From Guillardia theta CCMP2712 (lineage: Eukaryota > Protista > Cryptophyta): 64,000 bases of DNA. The notes under the pieces are model-generated. The model was not told the origin of the DNA and did not search any database. It saw only the letters and a program-made list of their open reading frames with translations. The DNA is taken from the NCBI RefSeq assembly GCF_000315625.1, contig NW_005434618.1:83038-147037 (forward strand), written 5' to 3'. Made by a program: the position numbers and the translations under genes. Of the stretch, positions 36,390 through 47,724 are shown in pieces; position 1 is the first letter of the stretch, and each line of letters starts with the position of its first letter.

Positions 36390-37455
36390 ATCGCCAGCAT
36401 AGAAACTTTTGAGCATGAATCACCTTCGTTTGCTTGGAACCATTTTGTCGTAATCCTCCTGTTCCATTCCGCAAGGTCTTTCCTTCTCCCGGTCATCCCT
36501 CCAAGAAAGAGCTTTCTACCGCTGGTGTCCATCTCTTCTCAAGTAGACTTCAAGCAAGGAACACAGAAAAAGAATCTGACCTCATGATGAGTTTTACAGA
36601 GAAAAAGATTGGTCCCCTTGCTACTCCTTTGATGGTATCTGCCCATCAGCTCATCAGACAAGAGACCTCCTCCTCCTCCTCCTCCTCCCTCACCTCCCGC
36701 GTCTGCCACACCCTGTCCACTGGCATTTGCGATGGACTGTGTCCACACAATCTTCCGGCTTGTGCTGGCTACACCAAAACTGCATGAGATCACCTTGCCC
36801 AGAGCCTGACGCAGTGAAGTATCCGCGCTTCCGGCAGCCCACGTAGCTGCACCTCCTGCTCACAATGTCGACGTGTTCGGGCTGCTGTCAGAGTAAAGGG
36901 GCTTGAACCTTACATCCCATAAGGCCGCACCTTCCTGTGCTGCTTGCAAAACAGCACCTGCTTCCTCATCAAGTGCCGGAGGTTCAACTCGAGGTTCAGC
37001 GGATGCCCGTAGACTCCCTGGCGGCTGCATCCTTGTTCTCGGCACAAGAGGGACTTGTGGACGACATCCTGCAGGCTACTTGAGGGCAGAGGCTGACAAC
37101 TCTCCCTCCCTTTCCTCACCACTTCCGAATCCATTTTGTGCGCCTTGCAATGCACGGGCATCGAATTGAAGATCGGGTCTGCGAACGATGCGAACTTGGT
37201 GCAGTTTCTACATCGTCTCTTCAAGAGCAACAGACTGATGCTGTCCTCGCACATAGAAACCCTTCCTGCACACTCCGTGCACAGCTTGCTTTTCCAGTAT
37301 GACTCCTTCTCATGCCTCACAACTTCGCCGTAGACAGCCTCTGACTGATGACATGAGCAACATGGAACTTCCAGCTCAGACGAGAGGTGGAGTGGCGGGA
37401 GGAGGAGGAGGAGGAGGAGGAGGAAGAGGAGGAGGAGATCCCGGATTGGTTGCAT
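36390..37455 (-). CDS. EsV-1-7-type cysteine-rich repeat protein with a Leu-rich N-terminus
   Basis: CSCHQSEAVYG..CTEC; CRNCTKFASFAD..VHCKAHK; CREQGCSRQGVYG..FCKQHRK..HVDIV. 3' end approximate. Confidence 0.7.
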
Positions 37456-38143
37456 CCTTCTTCTTCCTTGTTCGCATTAAGGGAGGTCCTGCATTGCCAA
37501 GCATGTACCACCGACATGTCCATATGACACGTCGCGCCATGGGAGGTGATTGTCATGAGCCATGGGCAGAGGTGTCGTACTACATGTCAGGCAAGGAGGA
37601 AGAGGAGCTTCCTTCATTGAACGCTCCATCCATTGCTGTTGTTTTTTTATTCTTTTTTGTCTTTCTTTTTTAGTCTTTACGGTTCGTTTTTCTTTCTTTT
37701 GGCACATTTCCCAGCAAGGAGGACGTGAAGATATGACCTCATGATTTCAAATCTAATCCATAGATTTCATTGTTGGAAATTAAAGGTACAAGTTTTGTAG
37801 AGCGAAAACCAACATGTCGGCGCAGCAACCGCCAACTTACTTCATTCTCAGTTAGACTCGTTCTCTTCTTTCTCCTTTTGTCTTCCTCCTCTACTCTCTC
37901 ACCTCGTTTGATTCTCTCTCCTCCTTTCACCTTCCTCCTTTTCTTCTGCTTGTTCGCTTCTTCGAAGTTGAGGAGCTCTCATTCACAAGACATCTCCTCT
38001 CCCTCTCCCGTGGCTTTGATCCACTTGTCCTGCAATCCTTGACAAACTACAGCACCTCTCATCCCAAATCGCTACTTGAGGGAGAATCGTCTGCTCCTCA
38101 CGATCCTACGAAAGGAGCAACATTTTGCACATAGATTCCATCA

Positions 38144-39028
38144 ATGTCGGGTACTCCGGAAATGCTGCTTTCTCCGAAGAATGAGGATTACCTCGAGGAC
38201 TTCGAAGGCTGGGACTGTGGGAGTGAGGAAGCGGTCGATTCGAGCCACGATTGTGACGCTGATGATGAAGTAGACTACCACAAGCTCAACCTTCCAGACC
38301 ACCCCCACAGCCCTCGTGACATTGCTGAACTTGAGGCTGGCTTTGGTGGGCATTGGATATGTGACATCAGGAACACTTGTCCTGAGATGGTGCCTGACAA
38401 CACAGATCATCAGCACTCAAACGTAATCGACAGGTGGAATCATCACATATCAACTGCTGCACTCAATGATTCTCATCGCGTTTATCAGCATATTTCAATG
38501 GTCGCGACGCAACCCCCGGCGAAAACAATGCTGACGTCCGGGCAAGGAATAAATTCGGTAGAACCATGGGGTGAATCTCAAATACGAAAATACGCAACGG
38601 ATGTCATGGGACTCAACATGAGCGAAAAAAAATTGAATCTCCTGATTAGAATACATGATCTCTTCAATAGGCTGGAGGAGGAAAGAATTTTGAAGCGAAG
38701 TTACGGTCAGGGGAGCAGTGTACTCAGGTTCGAATCGTTCGAGGTGCTCCCGGGCATGGTCGACTCGTTTGTCAAGGAGATTAAAGATACTGTCTCAGCC
38801 CATCGCTACGTCGTCAACGATTCTACACTCCGCCAGCCCAAAGATCTCACTTGGCCTGTATATGACTTGTTTCGGCGCTGTGGGATCTCACCGGTTAAAG
38901 GTTCTCAAGTACCTCCAAGGAATGGCGGCCCGAAATTGAGCTGGTTGCACTACAGAAAGTTTACCTTCTGCGAAAAGAAGATGAAGAAGAATCAGAATCG
39001 CCACAAACCCGAACGGTCTAGGGCCTGA
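38144..39028 (+). CDS. Intronless 294-aa hypothetical protein (acidic N-terminus, globular basic C-terminus)
   Basis: Clean ATG-TGA ORF with protein-like composition and a basic tail KKMKKNQNRHKPERSR. Confidence 0.75.
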   Translation: MSGTPEMLLSPKNEDYLEDFEGWDCGSEEAVDSSHDCDADDEVDYHKLNLPDHPHSPRDIAELEAGFGGHWICDIRNTCPEMVPDNTDHQHSNVIDRWNHHISTAALNDSHRVYQHISMVATQPPAKTMLTSGQGINSVEPWGESQIRKYATDVMGLNMSEKKLNLLIRIHDLFNRLEEERILKRSYGQGSSVLRFESFEVLPGMVDSFVKEIKDTVSAHRYVVNDSTLRQPKDLTWPVYDLFRRCGISPVKGSQVPPRNGGPKLSWLHYRKFTFCEKKMKKNQNRHKPERSRA

Positions 39029-39029
39029 C

Positions 39030-40200
39030 TCCGATACTGCCACCGGGTTGACTTCTCAGTCTCTTCTCTGCTGTTCTCTCTTCACGGTACCCCCCGCTAC
39101 ATTTGGCTCGCCGACAGATCGCCGGGCCGCCGCCTTCACCAAGTGTCCGGACTCCATAAATTTCGGACATGATGGCAGTAATGCAATAACAATGACTCAA
39201 AATCTCAATTTCAATCCTGGTAGCTTTTTTAATCATTTCGATCGAAGACTGAACTCAACGCAAATCTAAGAGGGATCTCAACCCACGGCTCGAGAAAATT
39301 TACAAGACTGAGATATGACAGTTACGAAAGAGAGCCAGAGGGGTAGGAGAGGAAAGTAGTGATCATCAACAACATCTTCGTTCTCATCCCACGAAGCTTG
39401 ACCTAACCTTGGCACCGGGAACCTGCAGGTTGTAACAAGGTCAGAGAGCTGATGAATTGTGATTCCACGTCAATCGTCTTGGTGGTAACTTAGAAATACT
39501 TACAGATCGCTGAACAAGTTGGTCAGTCTTGGCCCAATTTCCTGATGCAGCTAACTTTGATGCTGACATGGCAAATTTCTGCTCTCTATGTCACTATTGG
39601 GTCTGCATTACTTGGAGAACCAACTTACAGGATTGAACGTCAGAGCCAGCGCTGCCATTTCATTGGGGTCCATCGAGCTCTTGGTATGAGACTTCTCTGC
39701 TTTGAGAATCGACGCAACATCCTTGCTAGCTTGCAGAACGTCCGCCTGTCATAGTGATTTCTCAGCGGCAAGCAAGGACCGGTGCACCAATACAACTTGA
39801 TGAAAAATTCACAAGACACTTGAATCGGGGAGAAGAGTGTGACAACAAGGAGGAGACAGGAACATAGACAGGCCAGAAGGAGATTACAGGTACACAAATA
39901 GGAAAGATAACGAGTAGTGTAGAAACCTTGAGATGGAAGAAGGAGAAGAGGAAAAGTGACTTGGAGGGAAGGAAGAGAGGACAGGTAAATTGAGAGAGGA
40001 GAGAGGAGAGGTAAATTGAGAGGAGAGGTAATTGAGAGAGGAGAGATTCATGGTGAGAAGAGGAGGAGAGGAGAGGAGAGATGCATGGAGAGGGGAGGAC
40101 GAGGACAGGAGAGGTACATTGAGAGGAGAGGTACATTGAGAGGTACATTGGTAACGCTGCTCACCTCTCCTGCATGTCGCTTCAACAGCTGCAGAAACAT
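39030..40200 (-). CDS. Possible multi-exon hypothetical gene divergent from the PTGES2-like gene
   Basis: ATG 40200 MFLQLLKRHAGE|gtgagc; exon-like ADVLQASKDVASILKAEK..ALALTFNP|gtaagt and LHQEIGPRLTNLFSD|gtaagt. Model incomplete. Confidence 0.35.
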
Positions 40201-40379
40201 GGTTCGACCACCGAAAATATCAAACGTCGTTACAATACCGTTACTTTGGTATTTAAGGTTAAAATTATTGAATTAATTCTAAATACTGTAAACAACGTTG
40301 ATTTTAAAGAGAATTAATGTTGATATCGGATTATTAACGTGAGTATGAAGTATAACGCTAATACAAAAGGAAAGAAACC
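40201..40379. promoter_or_regulatory. AT-rich putative bidirectional promoter
   Basis: Sharp AT-rich island between ATG 40200(-) and ATG 40380(+). Confidence 0.35.
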
Positions 40380-41400
40380 ATGGCGGCTTACTATGGGACG
40401 CGTGCGCTGGCTGGTGCGGCGATGATGGCAGCGTCTGTGAAGATGGCGAGGAGCGAGCACAGCGGTCCTGCTCCTGCTCCTCCTTCTCAGCAGACCATCC
40501 CCGGCTCTGTGGAGCTTCACTGCAGCCCTTTGAGCCCGAGCTGCTCCACTGTGACGGCATTCTTCCGCAAGCTCAAGGTAGACTGCAAGGTTGTGGACAT
40601 CAGCCCCTTGAAAGGTTACGAGATCAAGAAAGCAGGTGAGACGAATCTCTTCTCTTGCTTGTGCTGGCATGTCTATGGGCGGTGTGGTCTTGCTGACGTG
40701 CCTTGGTCACAGTCGTGGACGGTCAAGAAGTGAGCAACATCAAGCAGCTGGTGAGGGACATGCATCATGCGAGGGCCTCTAGCCATCCGTTTCCTCCCCT
40801 TGAGCGAGCAGAGGAGGATCAATGGTGCGAATGGGCAGAGAAAGTCCTGCACCCCAACGTCGAAATCAACCTTTTCCGGTCTCCTGCCGACTCGAAGCAG
40901 TCCATGGAGTCCGTGATCGAGAGGATGGGGGTGACGGGCATGAACAGCACCCTCTTGCGCAACGTCGGCTCCCTCTACTTGTACATGGTGAGTTGAGAGC
41001 AGGAGGATGATGAGGTTGGAGGTGAGGACGTGTAGAGATAGACGTGTTACATGCTCACAAGTTCCACCTCTACCCCCGCATCCTTGCTCACGCCTGCTGT
41101 TTCCAGACTGCCAAGTTCACCAAGAGGAAGATAATCCAGAAGGCGAAGGGGGAGGAGAGCGTGTCTCTTAACGACAAGAGCGCCCTGAGAATCGCTCTCA
41201 ACTCGTTCCTGGAGCAATGGATGTCAGCTGTGGGGAACAGGGAAATGATGGGAGGAGCGGAGCCGAATCTTGCCGACCTCGCCGTGTTTGGTGTGCTGAG
41301 GAGCGTCGAGGGTTCGGAGACGTTCAGAGAGGTGCTAGAGCAGACGAGAGTCTCGTCTTGGTACCACAGGGTTGCAGCGGCCACCAACATGGACAAGTGA
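40380..41400 (+). CDS. Prostaglandin E synthase 2-like GST/glutaredoxin-fold protein (3 exons)
   Basis: SPSCSTVTAFF..KVVDISPL; EEDQWCEWAEKVLHPNVEINLFRS; MGGAEPNLADLAVFGVLRSVEG.ETF..SWYHRV, as in mPGES-2. Confidence 0.85.
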
Positions 41401-41566
41401 GAGGGTGAGGTAGCATGGAAGAGGATAGAAAGGAGAAGAGAGATCTAGCAGGGAAGTCAAGGTTCAGATTTGACAGGAGGAGGAGGAGGAGGATGGAAGT
41501 TTGTGTAGGCGAGTGTATTGGAGAAGCAGGTAAAGAGTTGAAGAGAAGGAGAAAACGAACTGAATG

Positions 41567-43674
41567 CTACCTGCCGCTAAAAACTCCTATCAACGTTCTT
41601 TCCCTCTCCTTGTTATACAGAAGATGAACGAATGAGACCTGCGGCTTGTTAGCATGTTTCCCTACCCAGCCCTCCCCTCCTCTCGACACGACTCGACTGG
41701 CCTTCCCTCCCATTCCCTCCCCCCTTCCCTCAAGCCTTCTTCTCAACCCCCTTCGCTCTCCTCCCCTCCGCTCCTCCCCCTCCCTTAGTCCATTTCCCAT
41801 CCCCTTTTCCATTTACAAGCGCTCCTCCCTCCTCGCTTGCCTCAGCCTCACTACTCTCATCAATCACCTCGTCGCACATCTCTCGGAACTTCGTCAAGTC
41901 GTTGCTGTAAGCTTTCTCCACCGTGTGCTGCTAGAAAGTGAAATGACAGTGAAAGAAGATGCAGGAAAGAAGGGAAGAGGAGGAGGAGGAGGACAGAAAC
42001 GAGGAGGAGCAGGAGAGGAACAGCTGATAAGAGAGCAGGAACCTGACTGTAACCAGGAGCTCCTTTCAGCGTGACCTGTGTTGGAGCAGGTTACCAATGA
42101 AGGCAGAGGGAAGCGAAAAGTTCGCAGGGAAGGTATGGGGAAGAGAACAGGAGGAGGGTAAAGAAGGAGAAGGTAGTCGTAGTCAAGATGGTGACTGCGG
42201 TGGACGAAGCAGTGTACAGAGAAGCAGAATAAAAAGAAGGAACTTGGACGGGAGAAAGGAAGGAGGAGGAGAAACGAGGACGTTGAAGGAAGAGGATGTG
42301 TTAACGGTTGATGACAGGCAGAGGACGATGAGAACAGTCGAGGAGGAGCTGGTGGTCACAGAGAAAGAGGAGTACTCACCACGCAGAGAGCTCCAGGCTT
42401 AAGGAGGTGCTTGTAGCTGATGAGAAGATCCACCTGCAAGAACGTAAGGACCTCCTCTGACGATCATGCTGCTCCTGCCCCTGCCCCTGCCCCTGCCCTT
42501 CCTTCCTATCCTTCACACTCCTCTTCTCCTCCCCCGTCTCGTCTCGTCAACCGGCGAGCAGTCGCTCTGCATGAGCGATGTCAACATGAGCAACTTTGGT
42601 CCATCTCCTCACCTGAAGGTACAGGTCGGACACGTAGACATCCACCTGATTCCTCCTGGTCAGATCAAACCGCACCTGCTGCCCTGCTCTCCTCCCTACC
42701 CCCAACCCCGCCCCCTGCGTCTCACAACCCCATCCCCTTCCTTCGATAGCGGTTCTTTCAATGCATCCCCCTTGATTCTCGCTCCTATTTCTCCTTCCCT
42801 TGCACGTCTCAACCCGCTGCCCGATCCCTCCTCCCTCCCCTCCCTACCTTCCCATGAAAGTTTTCTTGTTCGAGCACAGGCAGCGCCGCCTGCACACTCA
42901 TCTCGAGATGTCGAACCTGCCAAGGAGCTCAGAGGAGGAGCGACGCTCTCAAGAACGCGCCTGAGGAGGGAAGGGAGACAGCGAAAGTGCTCCAGGGTCA
43001 ATGCTGATGACAAGATCGCACCCTGCCTCTACAAGGAACTGCGTCCATCCGCCCTGCACATGCTCGAATTCAGGAAGAAGGGGAGAGAGAAAGGATGGAT
43101 GGAAGGTGAGAAAAGGAGGAGGGAGGAGGGAGGAGGGAGGAGGGAGGAGGGAGGAGGGAGGAGGGAGGAGGGAGGAGGGAGGGAGGAGGAGGGAGGAGGG
43201 AGGAGGAGGAGGGAGGAGGAGGAGGAGGAGGGAGGAGGAGGAGGAGGAGGAGGAGGNNNNNNNNNNNNNNNNNNNNNNNNNNNNNNNNNNNNNNNNNNNN
43301 NNNNNNNNNNNNNNNNNNNNNNNNNNNNNNNNNNNNNNNNNNNNNNNNNNNNNNNNNNNNNNNNNNNNNNNNNNNNNNNAGGGAGAACAGGAAGGAGGGT
43401 GGAGGGTTGAGAGAGAACAGTGAGGAGGGAGAAGCAGAAGGGAGGAGGGAGGAGGGCCGGACAGGTGATGCTCCTCCGTCAATGGCGATGGCGTTCGGAG
43501 GAACACTCTTTCCCGTCCTTTGCAAGGCCTCACGGAGCTTGTGGTAGGCGCGGGAAAGGATGCCCCTGCTGCGCTCGTGATGCGAGAGCTGCAGGCGCGA
43601 AGCGACAGGGAGGAGGCCGACATGCCACCATCCTGAAGGAAATAAGGATGACGTCGTGGAATGACGATCGAGTC

Positions 43675-43738
<64 letters not shown>

Positions 43739-45352
43739 GGCAAGAGCAGGAGCAGGAGCAGAGACCAGGGAACAGGAGGAGGAGCAGGAGCAGAGACAAG
43801 GGAGCAGGTGTCAGGGGATGATCAGATTTCTCCTTTACCGGTTTCACTGAGGGAGAGGTACACGATACACGAGTACCTGCAAGACCATGACAAGGATGGA
43901 AGTGAATTGGAAGAACGGTGAAGCATGAGAATAACGAAGGAGCCAGAAACATGGAGGGTAGACTGGAAACAAGGAGGAGGGATGCGGGGGAGCGGGGGAC
44001 AGAGCGGAACGCACGAGTAAGGAGGGTGGGAAGGGGAAGGAAGAGACATCTGATGATCTCACAGCGTTGGAGATTGGTTGATGTTCTGGCCTTCCAACAT
44101 CGAGATGATCTTTGTCTGCATCTGCATCGCGTCATCCTCAACTTGACTGGTTCACCGGTGCATTCCAACCTGGGATGGGAAGCAGTGAACGCGAACGAGG
44201 TCGATAGAGAGAGCATGGCATCGCTGAGCGAGGTTGTTCACTGCCTCCTAGCAGACATCAGTCAGACAGCTGATAGCCAGTGGAACAAGGAAGGTCACCA
44301 GCAAGCTGCTGTGTGCCGAGTCGAACAGGAACAACCTCTGCATCAGACCCTGCAGCAGGTCGTCCTGTGACAGCATTTGAAATGCTTGTGTATCGCTGGT
44401 ACAGGTCATCATGAGGAGGGAGAGAGGCAGGGAGGAGGAAGAACGCACGAGGGCGCTCGGAAGAAAGCAAGACAATCCTTCCTTGTCGCGATCCTTTCAA
44501 CATCCTCCTCCTCATACCCATCTTGACTCAAGAAATGAACAAGATCCGAGTTTCCTGATGCATCGACCGTGAGGATGAAGAAAACGTCAAAAGATGCTAT
44601 CGAGCTACCAGAAACCCTCACTGGGAGGAGATCATAGCAGTCTCGGATGTACAACACGATCTGCTCTCCTTCAGCTCTGCGACCAGCATGCAACAACACT
44701 CTCTCCTACCCGATCCGCATGTGACTTGGGGATCAAGATGCCGATGTCAGCGAGATCAGCTTCTGATGATCTTGCAGGGACAGTGCGACCTGGCGGCATG
44801 GCAAGTTCAACACAAGAGATCGCCTCCGCTGCGAGCTAACCGTCTAGAGGTTTTTCCTTGGCAAAATCCAAGAAGGAGCAAACATGGGAGAAGGCAGAGG
44901 GGTTCTGTTGGTACTGTTGACGGGCATGTTGAGCTGGAATATATGAGCATCCTCTCTCCTCTGCATCCCTGTACCACCTGAGGTTTCAGAGCCCATCGTG
45001 ACGAAGGCGAACTTGCGAGCATTGTACATCTCAACGCTCTCCACGTGCCCGAACTGTAAGGAAGCAAGATCAGCAGGCCTGAGAGTACACAGCACTTCCA
45101 ACAGACTTGCGAGAGAAGCTGCTTCAGGACCTCCTCCTCCGCGTCTTTCGCTATGCCCCCGACAAACAGTCTCCTCGCTAGCATGCAAGGGTTCATGGCT
45201 TGTCTGGTCGATAGCCCCCGCAATGGCAGAGGACGGATCTGTCGCCGTAGGGACACGCTGGCAGGAGGGACAGGAAGGAAACCACCGCATACTCTGCCGA
45301 TGCCGCATGTCAGCACAGCGGCTCTGAGGAGGACCAGCCGTCGCCATGGCAT
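41567..45352 (-). CDS. Plastid-targeted RRM + RlmM/FtsJ-like rRNA 2'-O-methyltransferase (many exons, spans a gap)
   Basis: Leader ..GRVCGG|FLPV; RRM LFVGGI..FGHVESV..KFAFVTM; SRAYHKLREAL..AIDGGASP-GGWTQFLVEAG..VISIDPGAL; last exon VHLLYNKERERTLIG..* at 41567. Confidence 0.78.
43257..43379. other. Assembly gap (123 N) in an intronic GGA repeat
   Basis: Run of N. Confidence 1.
43675..43760. repeat. (CAGGAG)n microsatellite in an intron
   Basis: Visible in the sequence. Confidence 0.95.
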
Positions 45353-45721
45353 CCTCCCGGCGCTACGACTATCGGGGAGCGATCGGTTCAAAAGGCAACG
45401 AGCGCGGGGGGTGGGGTGGAAAAGGGGGTGGGAAAAGGGTGGGAAAGCGAAAGTGGGTGGGGGAGGAGGGGAACGGGAGAGTAGAGGGCCAGACAGTGGA
45501 GGAACAGAGGAGGACAAACTGTGATGAATAAGGAAAGAGAACAGTTCACATGACCCACTCTCAAGTCCGGCTCTTCCAACGACTTCCAACCTCCACACCC
45601 TTGACGTGGACTGATGGTGCAGCCTAGCCGCGCTGAGCCTTCGTAGCCCACTCACCAACCCCTCCCTCCCCTCACGCACACATACCGCTCGTGATGCAGT
45701 ACAGTACAGCAGCTTTATTCA

Positions 45722-46348
45722 TCATACCTCGTACACCCACTCCTCTCCACACCCCTCAAGCTCCTCGTCCAGAGGTAACGACCCGAACAGTAGCACAAAG
45801 TCCCGGCTCAGCCCCTCTGCCGGCGACCAGCCAGCCTCGCAGCTGGTCGCTTGCGTCGCTTGACCCGTATGCTCGTCTGCAGGGTCCTGCCTGCTGTAGG
45901 GCGCGTGGGACGGGGCTGGCTCAGGCTGCTGCTGCTGAAGGCTCGTCGGGGGCGCGGGGTCGGAGCGAGGGCTGGGGGGCGGGGGCGGGTGGGCGAGGGA
46001 GCGGTCGCGGAGGTAGGGCCATCGCTCAAGGCCGAGCCTGCGAGAGGCGCTTTTGAGAGAGGTCAGAGAGATGCCGAGATAGTCGGCAGCCTCCGTCTGC
46101 TTGAGATGGAAGAGCTGCGAGAGCTGGATCCAGTCGAGCCGTACGGTCTGACGTTGTCTGGAGTGACGGGGGCGAGCGTGCACAAGTACGCCTTTGACAA
46201 GGGGGGAGGACATCGGGAGATGGCAAAGGGAAGGCTTGGGAGGGGGCAGGGGCGGGAGCTTCTGGGCGTGGGGAGGAGAAGTAAGGAGGGAGGACAAGCA
46301 GTCGCTTTTGGGGGGACCGTGCAACAACGAAACTGTTTCACCCATCAA
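45722..46348 (-). CDS. RWP-RK transcription factor
   Basis: LSQLFHLKQTEAADYLGISLTSLKSASRRLGLERWPY; start uncertain. Confidence 0.9.
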   Translation of the reverse strand: MMGETVSLLHGPPKSDCLSSLLTSPPHAQKLPPLPPPKPSLCHLPMSSPLVKGVLVHARPRHSRQRQTVRLDWIQLSQLFHLKQTEAADYLGISLTSLKSASRRLGLERWPYLRDRSLAHPPPPPSPRSDPAPPTSLQQQQPEPAPSHAPYSRQDPADEHTGQATQATSCEAGWSPAEGLSRDFVLLFGSLPLDEELEGCGEEWVYEV

Positions 46349-47724
46349 GGGGCTACCAACGACCCTGGGGAAGTGAAAGGAGTCATGTTCGGTTTATGTC
46401 ACGTCAACGTTTAGCTGGCTAGAGCACGATGAGTTGCCTTTTTGATGGTCAGAGTCAAAACCACAGTGATTCAAGTGGGTGCCTGTCAGCAAGTCTGTAC
46501 CCGGACCCCACAAGTGAATTCGACATGACCATTCAGTGACACTGATGCCGTGACTGCATGATTCGCACACAGCCGTGACGGGAACGAGTCAAGTCAGCCC
46601 CTCCTGCTAACCCTCTTATTCTCTTCGCCCCTAGCCCGACCCTGCCCCTCTCCTACCTTTTAGCTCCCTCCTGCCCGCACGGCACCCTGCCTGCCGTCAG
46701 ACTGCTCAGCTCGACTGCTCTGATCTGATACCATCCCTCAAAGACCCCTCTCGGCTTCTTTGCTTCTCTCCTGTCTGCTGCTACGACGCTACCATGTCCA
46801 AGGCTCCCATGCTCTTTTCTTCGCCCACCCTTGCTGATTGCCTCCCTGCCCTTCTAGCCTCGGGAGACTAGATCCAGCTCGGCAGCTCAGCGTGCGGCGA
46901 TGCCATGATCGTCGGCGACTGAGACGGCGCGGACGATCTTTGTTATTTGCTATCGCGCTTGCTTGCCTAGTAACAATGCTCTTCATACACGTTCTCTGAA
47001 TGTCTGCTCGATCCTGTATACTGGAGTACAACGTTGTGCTTTGCCCATGTCACGAGTGAGCCCAGACAACTGATACCCTCACATACGCTCTCAGTCACCG
47101 ATGATCATTCAATCAGCACATTCAAGCTTCTATCTACTTACGATGATCATTCAATCAGGCTTCGTCATGCTAGATGCTACCACCCTAGCGTCGCTTGCTG
47201 CTCCCCTGAGGCCACGCCCGTGGGCTGCTGGAGGCTCGTCGGGGCTGGGAGGCGGGGGTGGGGGTACGATTCGAACGATATCTCAGTGCACGCGCCTCTT
47301 CGATGCAGGATATTATTCAGTTCTTCTCTCGTTACTCATGTTCAATTGCATTTCAAATTTCATTCGTACAACTCACATGACCATCGCCATCGCCTCCAAG
47401 TTCTACAGCAAGCAGTCTGGTATGGCATCCTACTACACGCCCTCCCTCTTCAGTCCTCGATGTCCCCTCCTCGATATCCTGACTGACCCTTCCACCAGGT
47501 TCACCATACAAGCAAGTGACTTCCTCCTGAGCGCCCGTTGATGGTCAGCTGCTCTTGTTGGCTAGAGCAAAATCGTCCTGCAGGCAAGTATCTTGTACCT
47601 CCAGGCCCACCGCTGCTCAAGGAACCAATCCATGAATTTGACTCGTACCCTACGAGATCGTGAGAGACCCGTCAAGCTCCGCGAGCCATCGCACACGAGT
47701 CGAAGGGCGTGAGCTCCTCTGCTC

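Noticed and set aside
46790-47700. Possible gene or pseudogene between RWP-RK and the synthetase gene, including an 18-bp direct repeat near 47099/47141
   Set aside because: No consistent reading frame or recognisable motif.
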